Source of the DNA: an uncultured Gemmatimonadales bacterium
GTDB taxonomy: Bacteria; Gemmatimonadota; Gemmatimonadetes; Longimicrobiales; RSA9
Length of the DNA stretch: 64,000 nt
Direction: 5' to 3'
Assembly (NCBI GenBank): GCA_963798085.1
Contig: CAWCRS010000007.1
Span: forward strand, 503,612-567,611
Below the pieces are notes generated by a model. That model was not told the DNA's origin. It ran no database searches and worked only from the letters and a program-made list of their open reading frames with translations. The stretch's first letter is position 1, and every line of letters begins with the position of its first letter. The position numbers and the translations under genes were made by a program. Positions 55,447 through 64,000 of the stretch are shown in pieces.

Positions 55447-56085
55447 ATGAGCAAGATGGAGCAACCGATGCCCGAACCCAACGCCGCACTGCCACAGACC
55501 CGGAAGTCGATCGACAATCCCTACGCGGTTAGCGGCGCCGGGATCGGCGGGCGCATCGTCGCGTTCCTGCGGCGCCGGCTGGCTCCTTTTATCGACGGAT
55601 ACGAAGAGCATGGCTGGTCGGGAAAGCTTTTCCTGCTGAACGGTGGGCTGGGCATCGCCGGCTCAGTGCTCGGCTGGAGCGGTGCCGTGCTGCTCAACAC
55701 GCTGCGCCTCGGGCTTCTGCGCGGCATGGGCCTCACCATGGTGGCCGGTCTGGTGGGGCTGCCGTTCCTCCGCATCTGGTACCGCTATCTGCTCGGCGTT
55801 GCGCGCTTCGAGCGGTGGACATTGCCCATTACGGTCGTGCTGTCCGCGTGCGGCGCGATCAGCGGACTCGGGCTGCTCACGGGCCGCATGGGCTGGCGCA
55901 CCATGCTCATCGTTGGCGCGCAGTCCGCGCTCTCCGTCCAGTACCTCGTGTATTTCCTGCGCGAACGCCACCGCTTCGTTGTCGCGAAGCCCGCCCGCCG
56001 GGTCCGCGCAGCGAAGGATCTGCCTGCTCCCCCCACGCCTGCGCCCGCCACGGACAAGGTTGACGATTCGATCGCGTCATCCTGA
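55447..56085 (+). CDS. hypothetical integral membrane protein (about 4 TM, 212 aa)
   Basis: Hydrophobic segments LFLLNGGLGIAGSVLGW, GLTMVAGLVGLPFL, ITVVLSACGAISGLGLL, MLIVGAQSALSVQYLVYF; Pro/Ala-rich tail. Confidence 0.55.
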   Translation: MSKMEQPMPEPNAALPQTRKSIDNPYAVSGAGIGGRIVAFLRRRLAPFIDGYEEHGWSGKLFLLNGGLGIAGSVLGWSGAVLLNTLRLGLLRGMGLTMVAGLVGLPFLRIWYRYLLGVARFERWTLPITVVLSACGAISGLGLLTGRMGWRTMLIVGAQSALSVQYLVYFLRERHRFVVAKPARRVRAAKDLPAPPTPAPATDKVDDSIASS

Positions 56086-57531
56086 CACGCTGTCAGGCGA
56101 GGCGCGTCGCGCGGTGACAGGTGGGCGTGCTGCCGATCCGCATGTTCAGCCAGTGGAGCGATGACCTTGCCGGCCGCCGGTCCGAAGAGCCGTGACACCG
56201 CGGCCGCTGCAGGCGATCGCATCCCCGGAAACACTGCGGTGGAAGGCGAGGGCAGTCGTTCATCCGACGGTGTGACGTGTGCCGTCCCGGAATCCGCCAA
56301 CCCGGGCCCGGGTCTCGTGCGCCCTGCTTCGCTGGATGACCGTGCAGGCAGCCGAGGGCGGCGCGGGCCAGCGCGCAATCTGACAACGGGATGACCCGCC
56401 CGGGCCTGGAGGCCCCGTCAGCCGGAAGCGCGCGCGGCGTGCGGTGTAGTCGGATGCGGGCGGGCCGGCGACGTAGCGGGGGTCGAGCAGTGCGCGCCGC
56501 GGCGTGCGTCCGGCCATGTGGCGCAGGCTTTACAGGCGGAGCGGTCCGCGCCAGTATGCCAGCACCCGGGAGTCCGGTTCCCGGGGCGGATTCTCGCAAA
56601 AGGAGCACACATGCGTCTCGTGTATGGGACCGTGCATCGGCTGCTCGCCGTTCTGCTGGTCGCGTTGCCGTCCGCGGCGGCGGCCCAGGGGGGCGGACGC
56701 GGCAATCAGGAACCGCAGGCGCCGCCCATCAATCCGGCGGATGACGCCATGCTGCGCGGCTTCCGCTGGCGATCGATCGGGCCGGCCGGGCAGGGCGGTC
56801 GCGTCGATGACTTCGCGGTAGTCGAGGGCAATCCCTCGATCTTCTACGTGGGCTTCGCCACCGGCGGCATCTGGAAGACGGTCAACAACGGCACCACGTT
56901 CGAGCCCGTCTTCGATACCTACGGCACGCACTCCATCGGCGACCTCGCGTTGTCGCCTTCCAATCCGGATGTGCTGTACGTCGGGACGGGTGAGCCCAAC
57001 AACCGGCAGAGCGCGTCCTTCGGCGCCGGCGTCTACAAGAGCACGGACGGAGGCAAGACCTTCACGTACATGGGGCTCAAGGAGACGCAGAGCATTGGGC
57101 GCGTCGTCGTGCACCCCACGAATCCGAACATTGCCTGGGTGGCGGCCGTGGGCCACCTGTTCGGGCCCAACCCGGAACGCGGCGTGTTCAAGACGGCGGA
57201 CGGCGGCAAGACCTGGCGCAAAGTGCTGTTTGTGGATGAGAACACGGGCGCCTCGGACCTGGCCATCGACCCATCGAATTCTAACATTCTGTATGCGAGC
57301 ACCTACCAGCGCCGGCGCACGGTGTGCTGTTTCGTGGGCGGCGGGCCGGGCAGCGGTCTCTGGAAGAGCGAGGATGGCGGGGAGCACTGGACGCGGTTGA
57401 GCGGCAACGGTCTGCCGCGCGGCACCATGGGCCGCATCGCGCTGGACGTGTCCCGCTCCACGCCTAACATTGTGTATGCACAGATCGAAGTGGCGCCCGA
57501 CCGCGAGACGCCGGTTGCCGTGCCCGACTCC

Positions 57532-57600
57532 GGACGCGGCGGGCGGGGCGGACGCGGTGGTGGCGGCGGCGGTGGCGGCGGTGGTGGTGGCGGACGTGGG
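57532..57600 (+). repeat. GGY/CGY codon repeat encoding GRGGRGGRGGGGGGGGGGGGGRG
   Basis: Direct reading of the DNA and its translation. Confidence 0.9.
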
Positions 57601-58219
57601 CAGAACCTGCCGCCCGACCCGCAGGCCAGCGGTGTGTGGCGCTCCACGGACCGCGGCAAGAGCTGGGAGTTCATTGCCAACCAGAACGACCGGCCCATGT
57701 ACTTCAGCCAGATCCGCGTCGATCCCAACAACGACAAAGTGCTGTACACGGGCGGTGTCTCGGCGCAGAAGTCGGTGGACGGCGGCAAGACGTGGAAGTC
57801 CATTGAGGAAGGCAAGGGCCATGTCGACAACCACGCCATTCTGGATCGATCCGCACAACAGCAACCACGTGATGTACGGCAACGACGGCTCCGTCGACGT
57901 GTCGTGGGACGCGGCCGAGACCTGGGAATCGCTGCGCCCCTGGGCGGTGGGTCAGTCGTATCACACGTCGGTCGACATGCGCCGGCCCTACTGGGTGTGC
58001 ACCGGGCTGCAGGACAACGGCAGCTGGTGCGGTCCCAGCAGTGCGCGCGCGAACAGCATCCTGTCGTGGGACTGGTTCAATGTAGGCGGCGGCGACGGCT
58101 TCTACAGCGCCATCGATCCCACGGACTGGACCACGATCTATTCGGAGTCGCAGCAGGGCTCGATCAACCGTCTCGATCTGCGCCAGGGCTCGAGCGACGG
58201 CATTCGTCCGCGAGCGCCC

Positions 58220-58270
58220 GGTGCCGGCCGTGGCGGTGGTGGCGGCGGAGGTGGCGGCGGCGGGTTCGGT
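58220..58270 (+). repeat. GGY codon repeat encoding GAGRGGGGGGGGGGGFG
   Basis: Direct reading of the DNA and its translation. Confidence 0.9.
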
Positions 58271-59397
58271 CCGCCCGGGACTAACATCGTGCCAGAGCCG
58301 CCCACGGGCACCGAGCTGCGCACCAACTGGAATTCGCCGATCCTGATCTCGCCGCACAATCCGCGGCTCATTTACATCGGCACCGACCGGTTCATGAAGT
58401 CCTATGACCGCGGTGAGACCTGGACCATGAGCGAGGATCTCACCAAGGGCATCGACCGCAGCACGCTCACCATCATGGGCCGCAAGGGCGACCTGCCGAA
58501 CTGCGGGCGGCAGCACCAGGGCGAGTGCATTCTGTCCAAGAATGACGGCACCAACTTCTGGGGCACCATCTCGTCGATCGGGGAATCGCCGCTCGTGCCC
58601 GGCCTTCTCTGGGTGGGCACGGATGACGGCAACATCCAGCTCAGCAGGGACGGCGGCGCCACGTGGACGGAAGTGGGCAAGAACATCCCCGGTGGGACCA
58701 GGGACTACTACATCTCGCGGGTGGAGCCATCGCATTTCGATGCGGCTACGGCCTACGCCTCCGTCGACGGCCATCGCAGCGATGACCTGAAGCCGTACGC
58801 GTATGTAACACGCGATTACGGCAAGACCTGGTCGCCCATCAGCAGCAACCTGCCGGAGTGGGGCAACGTGAACTCCGTGCGCCAGGACCCGAAGAACCAG
58901 AACCTGCTGTATGCGACGACGGAGTTCGGGTTCTTCGTCTCGCTGGATGAGGGCAAGTCATGGAAGTCGTTCATGACCGGGCTGCCCGTGGTGCGTGTGG
59001 ACGATGTGCTGATTCATCCGCGCGACAACGACCTCGTGCTGGCCACGCACGGGCGCAGCGTGTGGATCATGGATGACATCACGGCGCTGCAGCAGGCGAC
59101 TCCCGAGAATCTGGCGAAGGACGTGTACCTCGCCGAACCGCGCGAGGCCGTGCTGTGGAAGAGCGACCGGCGGCTGATGCGCGAAGTGCCGGGCGAGAAG
59201 CACTTCCACGGCGAGAACGCGCCGCGTGGCACGGCCATTTCCTATTTCCTCAAGAGCGCACCAGCCGGCGACGTGAAGCTCACCATCACGGACCTGGCGT
59301 CCGGCGAAGTCTTCCGAACACTCGAGGCCACGAAGCTGCAGGGCCTGAACCGTATCCAGTGGGATCTCTGCAGTGACCAGCACGAGGTGCAGCCCGG

Positions 59398-59492
59398 CCA
59401 GGGCCGCGGCTTTGGTGGGGGCGGTGGCGGCGGTGGTGGGTGTGGTGGTGGTCGTGGGGGTGGTGGCGGCGGCGGTGGCGGACGCGGTCAGG
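59398..59492 (+). repeat. GGY codon repeat encoding GQGRGFGGGGGGGGGCGGGRGGGGGGGGGRGQG
   Basis: Direct reading of the DNA and its translation. Confidence 0.9.
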
Positions 59493-59660
59493 GACCGGTC
59501 ATGGTGGCACGACTGGCAACGCCGGGCATGTACCGCGTGACGCTGAGCGTGGGTGGCAGGGAATACACACGCAACGTGAACGTGCTGGAAGACATCTCGG
59601 ATGGAGATGTAACGGAACCGGTCCTTCGCCTGTCAGTCGGCGGAGGCGAGTGGTTGGACT

Positions 59661-59862
59661 CTCCGGACCGTCTTGGCGTTGTTGGCTTGCGACGCAACCT
59701 GTCATGGGTCCGTCTCAGAAAGACCGGTCAGGCCCTGTTCAGCAGCTCCAGGACAGGGTCTGACATGGGTTTCCGGGCCGTGTGGCTTGGACGATGGAAT
59801 GACCTCTGGCGGCGGCGATAGCGTTACCGGCCAAACCCCAACAACGCCAAGACGGTCCGGAG
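59661..59862. repeat. 202-bp element bounded by perfect 25-bp inverted repeats (MITE-like, or a structured RNA)
   Basis: ctccggaccgtcttggcgttgttgg (59661-59685) is the exact reverse complement of ccaacaacgccaagacggtccggag (59838-59862). There is an internal 12-bp hairpin at 59727-59738 / 59752-59763, and a GGTTTCCGG / CCGGCCAAACC helix. Confidence 0.75.
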
Positions 59863-60004
59863 GGGATGGCACCTCACCCTCTCGGCCCTCGCATGACAGT
59901 TCGCGCCATTCATGCTGGTGCGCGGGTCGCAATACGCAGTCGTTGCGCCATGGCTGCACGCATCGCCTGAAGCGTCGCATGCCGGTTCCGGCCGAAAGGA
60001 AACA

Positions 60005-61312
60005 ATGACCCGATGGACCCGCATTGCCTGCCTGGCGTTGGCCGCACTCGCGCCCGCCTGCCGCGGCGCAGCGCCGCGTTCCACGGCGACCGTGCGCGAC
60101 AGCGCCGGCATCCGCATCGTCGAGAACAGCGGCCCGCTCTGGCCGGCGGGCGGCGGGTGGCGCCTTGACTCCGTGCCCGCGCTCGCCATTGGGGTCGTGC
60201 AGGGCGAGGAACCGTATCAGCTGGCGGATGTGCGCGGTGTCGCGCGCTATGCCGACGGCCGCATCGTCCTGGCCAACGGGGGCAGCAGCGAGATCCGCAT
60301 CTTCGACGTGAACGGCCGGTTCCTCCGCAGCATCGGGCGCGAGGGCGCGGGCCCGGGTGAGTTCCAGTACCTGCGGCGTCTCTTCCTGCTTCCCGGCGAC
60401 TCGCTGCTGGTGGTGAGCGGCTTCGGCAACCGCTACACGGTTTTCGATCCGGCGGGCCAGGTGGCGTCCATCAGCACGACGCCATCGGTCACCCCGCTGG
60501 CTCGCTTCGGCGATGGCACCTTCCTGACAACGCGTTATGCGCAAACGGTACCGGCCGGGCAGCTCGGTTTCGTGCAGGACACCGTGGTGTACTCCTGGTA
60601 CGGCTCCCGCATCGTGTCGGGCCCGGACATCGCGCAGACCGCCGGCAACGCCTACGACCCGAAGGCCGCGGCGGCCTTCGTATTCAATACAATCGCGCGC
60701 GTCACCGGAAATCAGGAGTACCGCTCCGAAGTTGCGTTCAGCAATCCGGTCACGTCCTCGAGCTCCGGCGGCACACGCGTGGTGAGCGGGCGCGGCATTT
60801 TCAACGATCCCGTGCCGTTCACGCCGCGCGCCGTGCAGGCGGTGCGCGGACAGGAGCTGTTCACAGGCAGCGGCGCCACATTCCAGATCGCGGTCTACGC
60901 ACACAATGGCGGCCTGCGCCGCATCATCCGTCTGAACCAACCAAATCGGAAAGTCACCGGCGCCGACATCGACGGCTGGAAGCAGGAGCTGCAAGACGGG
61001 GCGCGCAACAATGTCCAGCGCACACACGCGCAGCGACTCATCACCGACATGAAGTTCCCGGATGCCATGGCTGCCTTTTCGGCCATGCTCGTGGACAGTG
61101 ACGGCGACCTCTGGGTGGAGCGCTATCGCGTGCGCAGCAATGATGCGCAGCACTGGGTGGTGTTCGATCCGGACGGGCGCTGCCTGGGCGACATCGATAC
61201 GCCGGCGCGTTTCGACGTCAACGAGATCGGCGACGACTACCTGCTCGGTGTCTGGCGCAGCGCCGACGACGTTCCTTTCGTGCGACTGTACGCAATACAC
61301 AAGCAGCCCTGA
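60005..61312 (+). CDS. six-bladed beta-propeller (NHL-like) lipoprotein
   Basis: AAGGA SD before the ATG at 60005. MTRWTRIACLALAALAPAC lipobox. Repeated ..DGRIVLANGGSSEIRIFD.NGRFLRSIGREGAGPGEF.. blades. Confidence 0.65.
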   Translation: MTRWTRIACLALAALAPACRGAAPRSTATVRDSAGIRIVENSGPLWPAGGGWRLDSVPALAIGVVQGEEPYQLADVRGVARYADGRIVLANGGSSEIRIFDVNGRFLRSIGREGAGPGEFQYLRRLFLLPGDSLLVVSGFGNRYTVFDPAGQVASISTTPSVTPLARFGDGTFLTTRYAQTVPAGQLGFVQDTVVYSWYGSRIVSGPDIAQTAGNAYDPKAAAAFVFNTIARVTGNQEYRSEVAFSNPVTSSSSGGTRVVSGRGIFNDPVPFTPRAVQAVRGQELFTGSGATFQIAVYAHNGGLRRIIRLNQPNRKVTGADIDGWKQELQDGARNNVQRTHAQRLITDMKFPDAMAAFSAMLVDSDGDLWVERYRVRSNDAQHWVVFDPDGRCLGDIDTPARFDVNEIGDDYLLGVWRSADDVPFVRLYAIHKQP

Positions 61313-61638
61313 TCCACATCATGCATGCCGTGCAACAGGCCGCTCATGCTGTCCGCGAAGATCCGGCGCGGCTTCCGCCACCGGTGCGCCGCAACGGCAG
61401 CCCGCTCCACGGCCCGGAGCGTCATGCGGCCAGCCCAACGGAAGAAGCGGACGCCCGGCACAAGTCCAGGTGAGCGACCTCGCCCGGCACGCTGAACGAC
61501 GCAGGGCGCCTGACCCACGTGGGGCGTTGTCATTGGTCGGAGCGGGCCGGTTGCAGTTGCAGTAGAACGTACTCTGCTCGAGGAGCGCCTGTCGTACTGC
61601 CGCACCTGCCTCCCGCACGCAACCCGGCGTGCGCTGCG

Positions 61639-62634
61639 CTACCGGTTGCGCGCCTCGAGCCGGTGCTGGAACGCGAGCAGCGTGTCGCTCAAAAGTCGCG
61701 GCTGCTCCTCCTGCATGAATTCGCCGATGTGCGGGAAGCTGTCGGCGACGATGTCCGGGATGTGCGCAGTCATGGCGGTGACCTGGTCCGGCCGCAGGGG
61801 CGAGGACTTCCCGCCGTTGGTGAGCAGCAGCAGGACGGGCAGCTGCACCTGCTCCAGGCGGGGCCCGAGCGGCCAGGGCTCCTTCGCGAAGGCGAGGGCG
61901 CGCAGCCTGCGCAGGGTCGCGGAGAAATCGCGATCGTACGGCGCCGTGTACGCCTCCAGCACTGCGGGCGTGATCCAGGCGGAGTCGGCGGAGCTGTCGC
62001 GCAGACCGTCTATAACGCGATGTTTGACGATGCCCCGCCCGCCGAACAGGCGCAGCAACGGCGCCATGCGCAGCGCGGTGCGCAGCCCGCCGGAGCCGAT
62101 TTCCTCGCTGGCACTGCCGTTGATGGAAACGATGCCCGCCGCCAGTTCGGGCCGTTGCAGCGCCAGGCGCAGGGCAATGGGAACCCCCACCGCGTGAGCG
62201 ACCAGCAGCACACCGCGCAGCCCCAGCGAGTCCAGCACCGCCGCCACGCGCGTGGCCTGTGCTTCCGTCGAGTAGTCGGCGCCCGCGGGCCCCGATGATG
62301 CGCCCGTTCCCAGAGGGTCCACCACCAGCACGCGATCACCCGCCGTCGCCAGGTCCGCGCTCACCTTGCGAAAGCCGAAGGCGCCACCCAGCAACCCGGG
62401 AATGATGACGACCGGCGGCCCTTCGCCCAGCGCCGTGACCGCGAGCGTTTCCGCGGGCGCCACCACGATGCGCTGCACCACCGACTGCGAAGCGCAGACA
62501 GGCGGAAGCACACTGCACGGCGCCGCAGCGGCGCGAGCCAACCCGGTGCGCGCGCGGGCAGTCAGGCAACGGCCTGTCCACGACTCGCGCCCGGCGAGGC
62601 TCCCCAGCAGCACAGCAGCAATCAGGCTCAGCAT
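61639..62634 (-). CDS. secreted alpha/beta-hydrolase-fold protein lacking the canonical nucleophile serine
   Basis: The fold pattern (VVIIPGLLGG...VLLVAHAVGVPIALRLA...PHIGEFMQEEQP) shows AHAVG where G-x-S-x-G is expected, and PG where HG is expected. Confidence 0.7.
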   Translation of the reverse strand: MLSLIAAVLLGSLAGRESWTGRCLTARARTGLARAAAAPCSVLPPVCASQSVVQRIVVAPAETLAVTALGEGPPVVIIPGLLGGAFGFRKVSADLATAGDRVLVVDPLGTGASSGPAGADYSTEAQATRVAAVLDSLGLRGVLLVAHAVGVPIALRLALQRPELAAGIVSINGSASEEIGSGGLRTALRMAPLLRLFGGRGIVKHRVIDGLRDSSADSAWITPAVLEAYTAPYDRDFSATLRRLRALAFAKEPWPLGPRLEQVQLPVLLLLTNGGKSSPLRPDQVTAMTAHIPDIVADSFPHIGEFMQEEQPRLLSDTLLAFQHRLEARNR

Positions 62635-63027
62635 TTCGTCCGCTCAGGACACCGCCGGCTCACGTCGCAGTGGCTGTTATCACACGGCGTGCCCGCTGCT
62701 TGTTCCCGAAGCAGCAGGGACGCACGCTGCGGCCGCAGATCCGGACGACCACCGGGTGCCGCATGGCAGGCTGCGGTGCACGCGCGCCTCGCGACGCGCC
62801 GCTGACGAGAGGCGGTCGCGTCGCCTGCATCCGTCACTGAAGCCGCAGGCCGATCGATGCAGGACGCACGCCAGAGCGGGAAGGGAGGCGACGGGTCCGC
62901 AGACTGGATGGAAGCAGCGATCGGGGGTACGAACGTCATCGCGGAGGGGATCGGCGGCGTTCACATTGACAGGATCACCCGCAGACCGCACTTCCAGGCA
63001 AGGCAGTACACGGCTGAAGGAGGTCCC

Positions 63028-63828
63028 ATGCCGAGCGTGTTCCAGACTCCCGGCGCGCTCCTGCTGCTGGCGCTGGCCGCAGCGCCGCTCGCGGCGCAGT
63101 CCGTCAAGGGTCGCGTGGTCGACGAGAAGACGCGCCAGGCCATTGCCAGCGCGACCGTCACGCTGCGCGCCGCTTCGGGCGAGGTGGTGGCGCACGACCT
63201 GAGCGACCGGGGCGGCTACTTCAAGCTGTCGGCGCACGCGGCCGGCGACTACACCATCGTGGTGGAGCCGCTGGGCTATGCGCCCGCCCAACGAGCTGTT
63301 AGCCTGAGCCCGCACCAGGAGCTGGTGGTGCCCGCGTTCGTGCTGGCGGCGCAGGCCATTCCGCTGGACTCCATCAGCGCCCGGGGCGAGCGCGCGCCGG
63401 ACCAGCGCGCGGCCGTCGGGTTCACGCGTTCCAGCATGGTGCTGGCGGCCGGGCGCATGGCCATGCTCGAGCGGCAGGGCGCCACCCTGATGACGGCAAT
63501 TCGCGAGCTGAGCGGCGTGCGCATCCGCGAATTCATGACCGCGGGCGGCCAGAAGGTGACCTGCGTCGAAGCACTGCTGCGCTTCCGCAGCATCACCGGC
63601 GACGAGCGCTACTGCGAGCCCGTGGTCTTCGTGGTGGATGGGGTGCAGATCGGTTCGTCGGACTACCTGCTGCGCAACATGAACCTGACCGACTACGAGA
63701 GCGTGGAGTTCCTGCCGCCCGCGGAAGCCGGCCAGCGCTATGGTCTGGAAGCCAGTTCGCACGGCGCGGTCGTGCTGTGGACGCGCGGGCGCGGCCCGCA
63801 CGTGGACCCGGAACGCAACGGCCGATGA
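63028..63828 (+). CDS. secreted CarboxypepD_reg-like plus TonB-receptor-plug-like protein without a barrel (266 aa)
   Basis: GAAGGAGG SD; signal peptide ..AAAPLAAQ. VKGRVVDEKTRQAIASATVTL...GYFKL...GDYTIVVEPLGY, then VVFVVDGVQIG...YESVEFLPPAEAGQRYG..SSHGAVVLWTRG. Confidence 0.6.
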   Translation: MPSVFQTPGALLLLALAAAPLAAQSVKGRVVDEKTRQAIASATVTLRAASGEVVAHDLSDRGGYFKLSAHAAGDYTIVVEPLGYAPAQRAVSLSPHQELVVPAFVLAAQAIPLDSISARGERAPDQRAAVGFTRSSMVLAAGRMAMLERQGATLMTAIRELSGVRIREFMTAGGQKVTCVEALLRFRSITGDERYCEPVVFVVDGVQIGSSDYLLRNMNLTDYESVEFLPPAEAGQRYGLEASSHGAVVLWTRGRGPHVDPERNGR

Positions 63829-64000
63829 GTCAGCCCACGCAATCCCCAAACCCTGTGTTAAAGCGGGCGCGGAGCGGGCGCCGGGACCCGGCCCTGGCGG
63901 CCTCGCCCGCATCCTGTGCGGACTTCAGGCGACGCTTCCCGTCCGGGTCCGCTGCGGGTGAGCGCCGCCTGCGCATCGTCCGCCTGTCGCCGGCGCGCTG

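Larger units (their letters stand above)
56611..59821 (+). pseudogene. secreted BNR/VPS10 (sortilin-like) repeat protein, frame broken by one extra base near 57839-57841; 3' end uncertain
   Basis: AAAGGAG SD before the ATG at 56611; signal peptide. Repeated S.D.G.TW BNR/Asp-box units (STDGGKTF, TADGGKTW, SEDGGEHW, STDRGKSW, SVDGGKTW, SYDRGETW, SRDGGATW, TRDYGKTW, SLDEGKSW). ORF 56518-58284 ends its homology at ..GHVDNHAI, and ORF 57470-59821 continues WIDPHNSNHVMYGNDG... Confidence 0.8.

Noticed and set aside
59722-59765. An SRP (4.5S) RNA domain IV-like sequence (GGTCAGG...CAGCAGC).
   Set aside because: It lacks the conserved GGAA tetraloop and the symmetric and asymmetric loop motifs. It is better described as an internal hairpin of the 202-bp inverted-repeat element.
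59661-59862. An integron attC site or an IS element.
   Set aside because: The R''/R' core sites (RYYYAAC...GTTRRRY) are not in the right orientation or positions, there is no integrase or transposase nearby, and no flanking direct repeats are seen.
61313-61638. Small ORFs (61319-61618(-), 61237-61605(-)) in the 326-bp convergent gap as real genes.
   Set aside because: No motifs, and a Cys/Arg-rich odd composition. Third-position GC also looked lower than in neighbouring genes (an unverified quick hand count of about 70%). The gap is left unannotated, and a decayed gene cannot be excluded.

Overview
GC-rich bacterial chromosomal segment with a strong G/C preference at third codon positions. 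I recognised no rRNA, tRNA, CRISPR, transposase, integrase or phage genes. All calls come from reading the supplied ORF translations and the DNA by eye; no searches were run.

The gene content hints at a Gemmatimonadota- or Acidobacteriota-like organism (inference only). The hints are ADOP-type duplicated FtsX permeases, acidobacterial-type PadR regulators, a VPS10/BNR sortilin-like protein with Gly-rich loops, and many secreted beta-propellers and peptidases.

Layout, left to right:
- 1-2.2 kb: remnants of a TonB-dependent receptor fused to the tail of a phosphodiesterase.
- 2.2-7.8 kb: housekeeping genes (thrC, thrB, bcp, lspA, pncA, ispG).
- 7.9-9.8 kb: a lipoprotein plus FadL/PorV-like barrel operon.
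- 10-30 kb: a TolC / adaptor / MacB-type ATPase set followed by five paralogous ADOP permeases. One permease is frame-broken. A PadR-like regulator plus AlkZ-like glycosylase pair is embedded in the array.
- 30-40.5 kb: a signalling block. It holds a sigma54 response regulator with an NtrY-like kinase, a DUF3052-like protein, an ECF sigma / anti-sigma / DUF4097 triad, a kinase-like protein lacking the phospho-acceptor His, and a frame-broken GAF-PAS-GGDEF-EAL protein.
- 40.6-46.3 kb: a divergent TetR / lipocalin-like pair, then a secreted peptidase and beta-propeller trio.
- 46.9-47.9 kb: a PadR with no partner permease.
- 47.9-55.2 kb: tamB translationally coupled to an Omp85 gene.
- 55.4-64 kb: a membrane protein, a frame-broken BNR/VPS10 protein, a beta-propeller lipoprotein, an alpha/beta-hydrolase-fold protein without its nucleophile Ser, and a barrel-less CarboxypepD_reg-plug protein.

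The most unusual signals are non-coding:
- A dispersed G-tract (G-quadruplex-type) repeat family that sits just after stop codons.
- A degenerate 14-nt minisatellite family.
- A 202-bp element bounded by perfect 25-bp inverted repeats.
- Three, possibly four, single-base +1 frame breaks in long genes.
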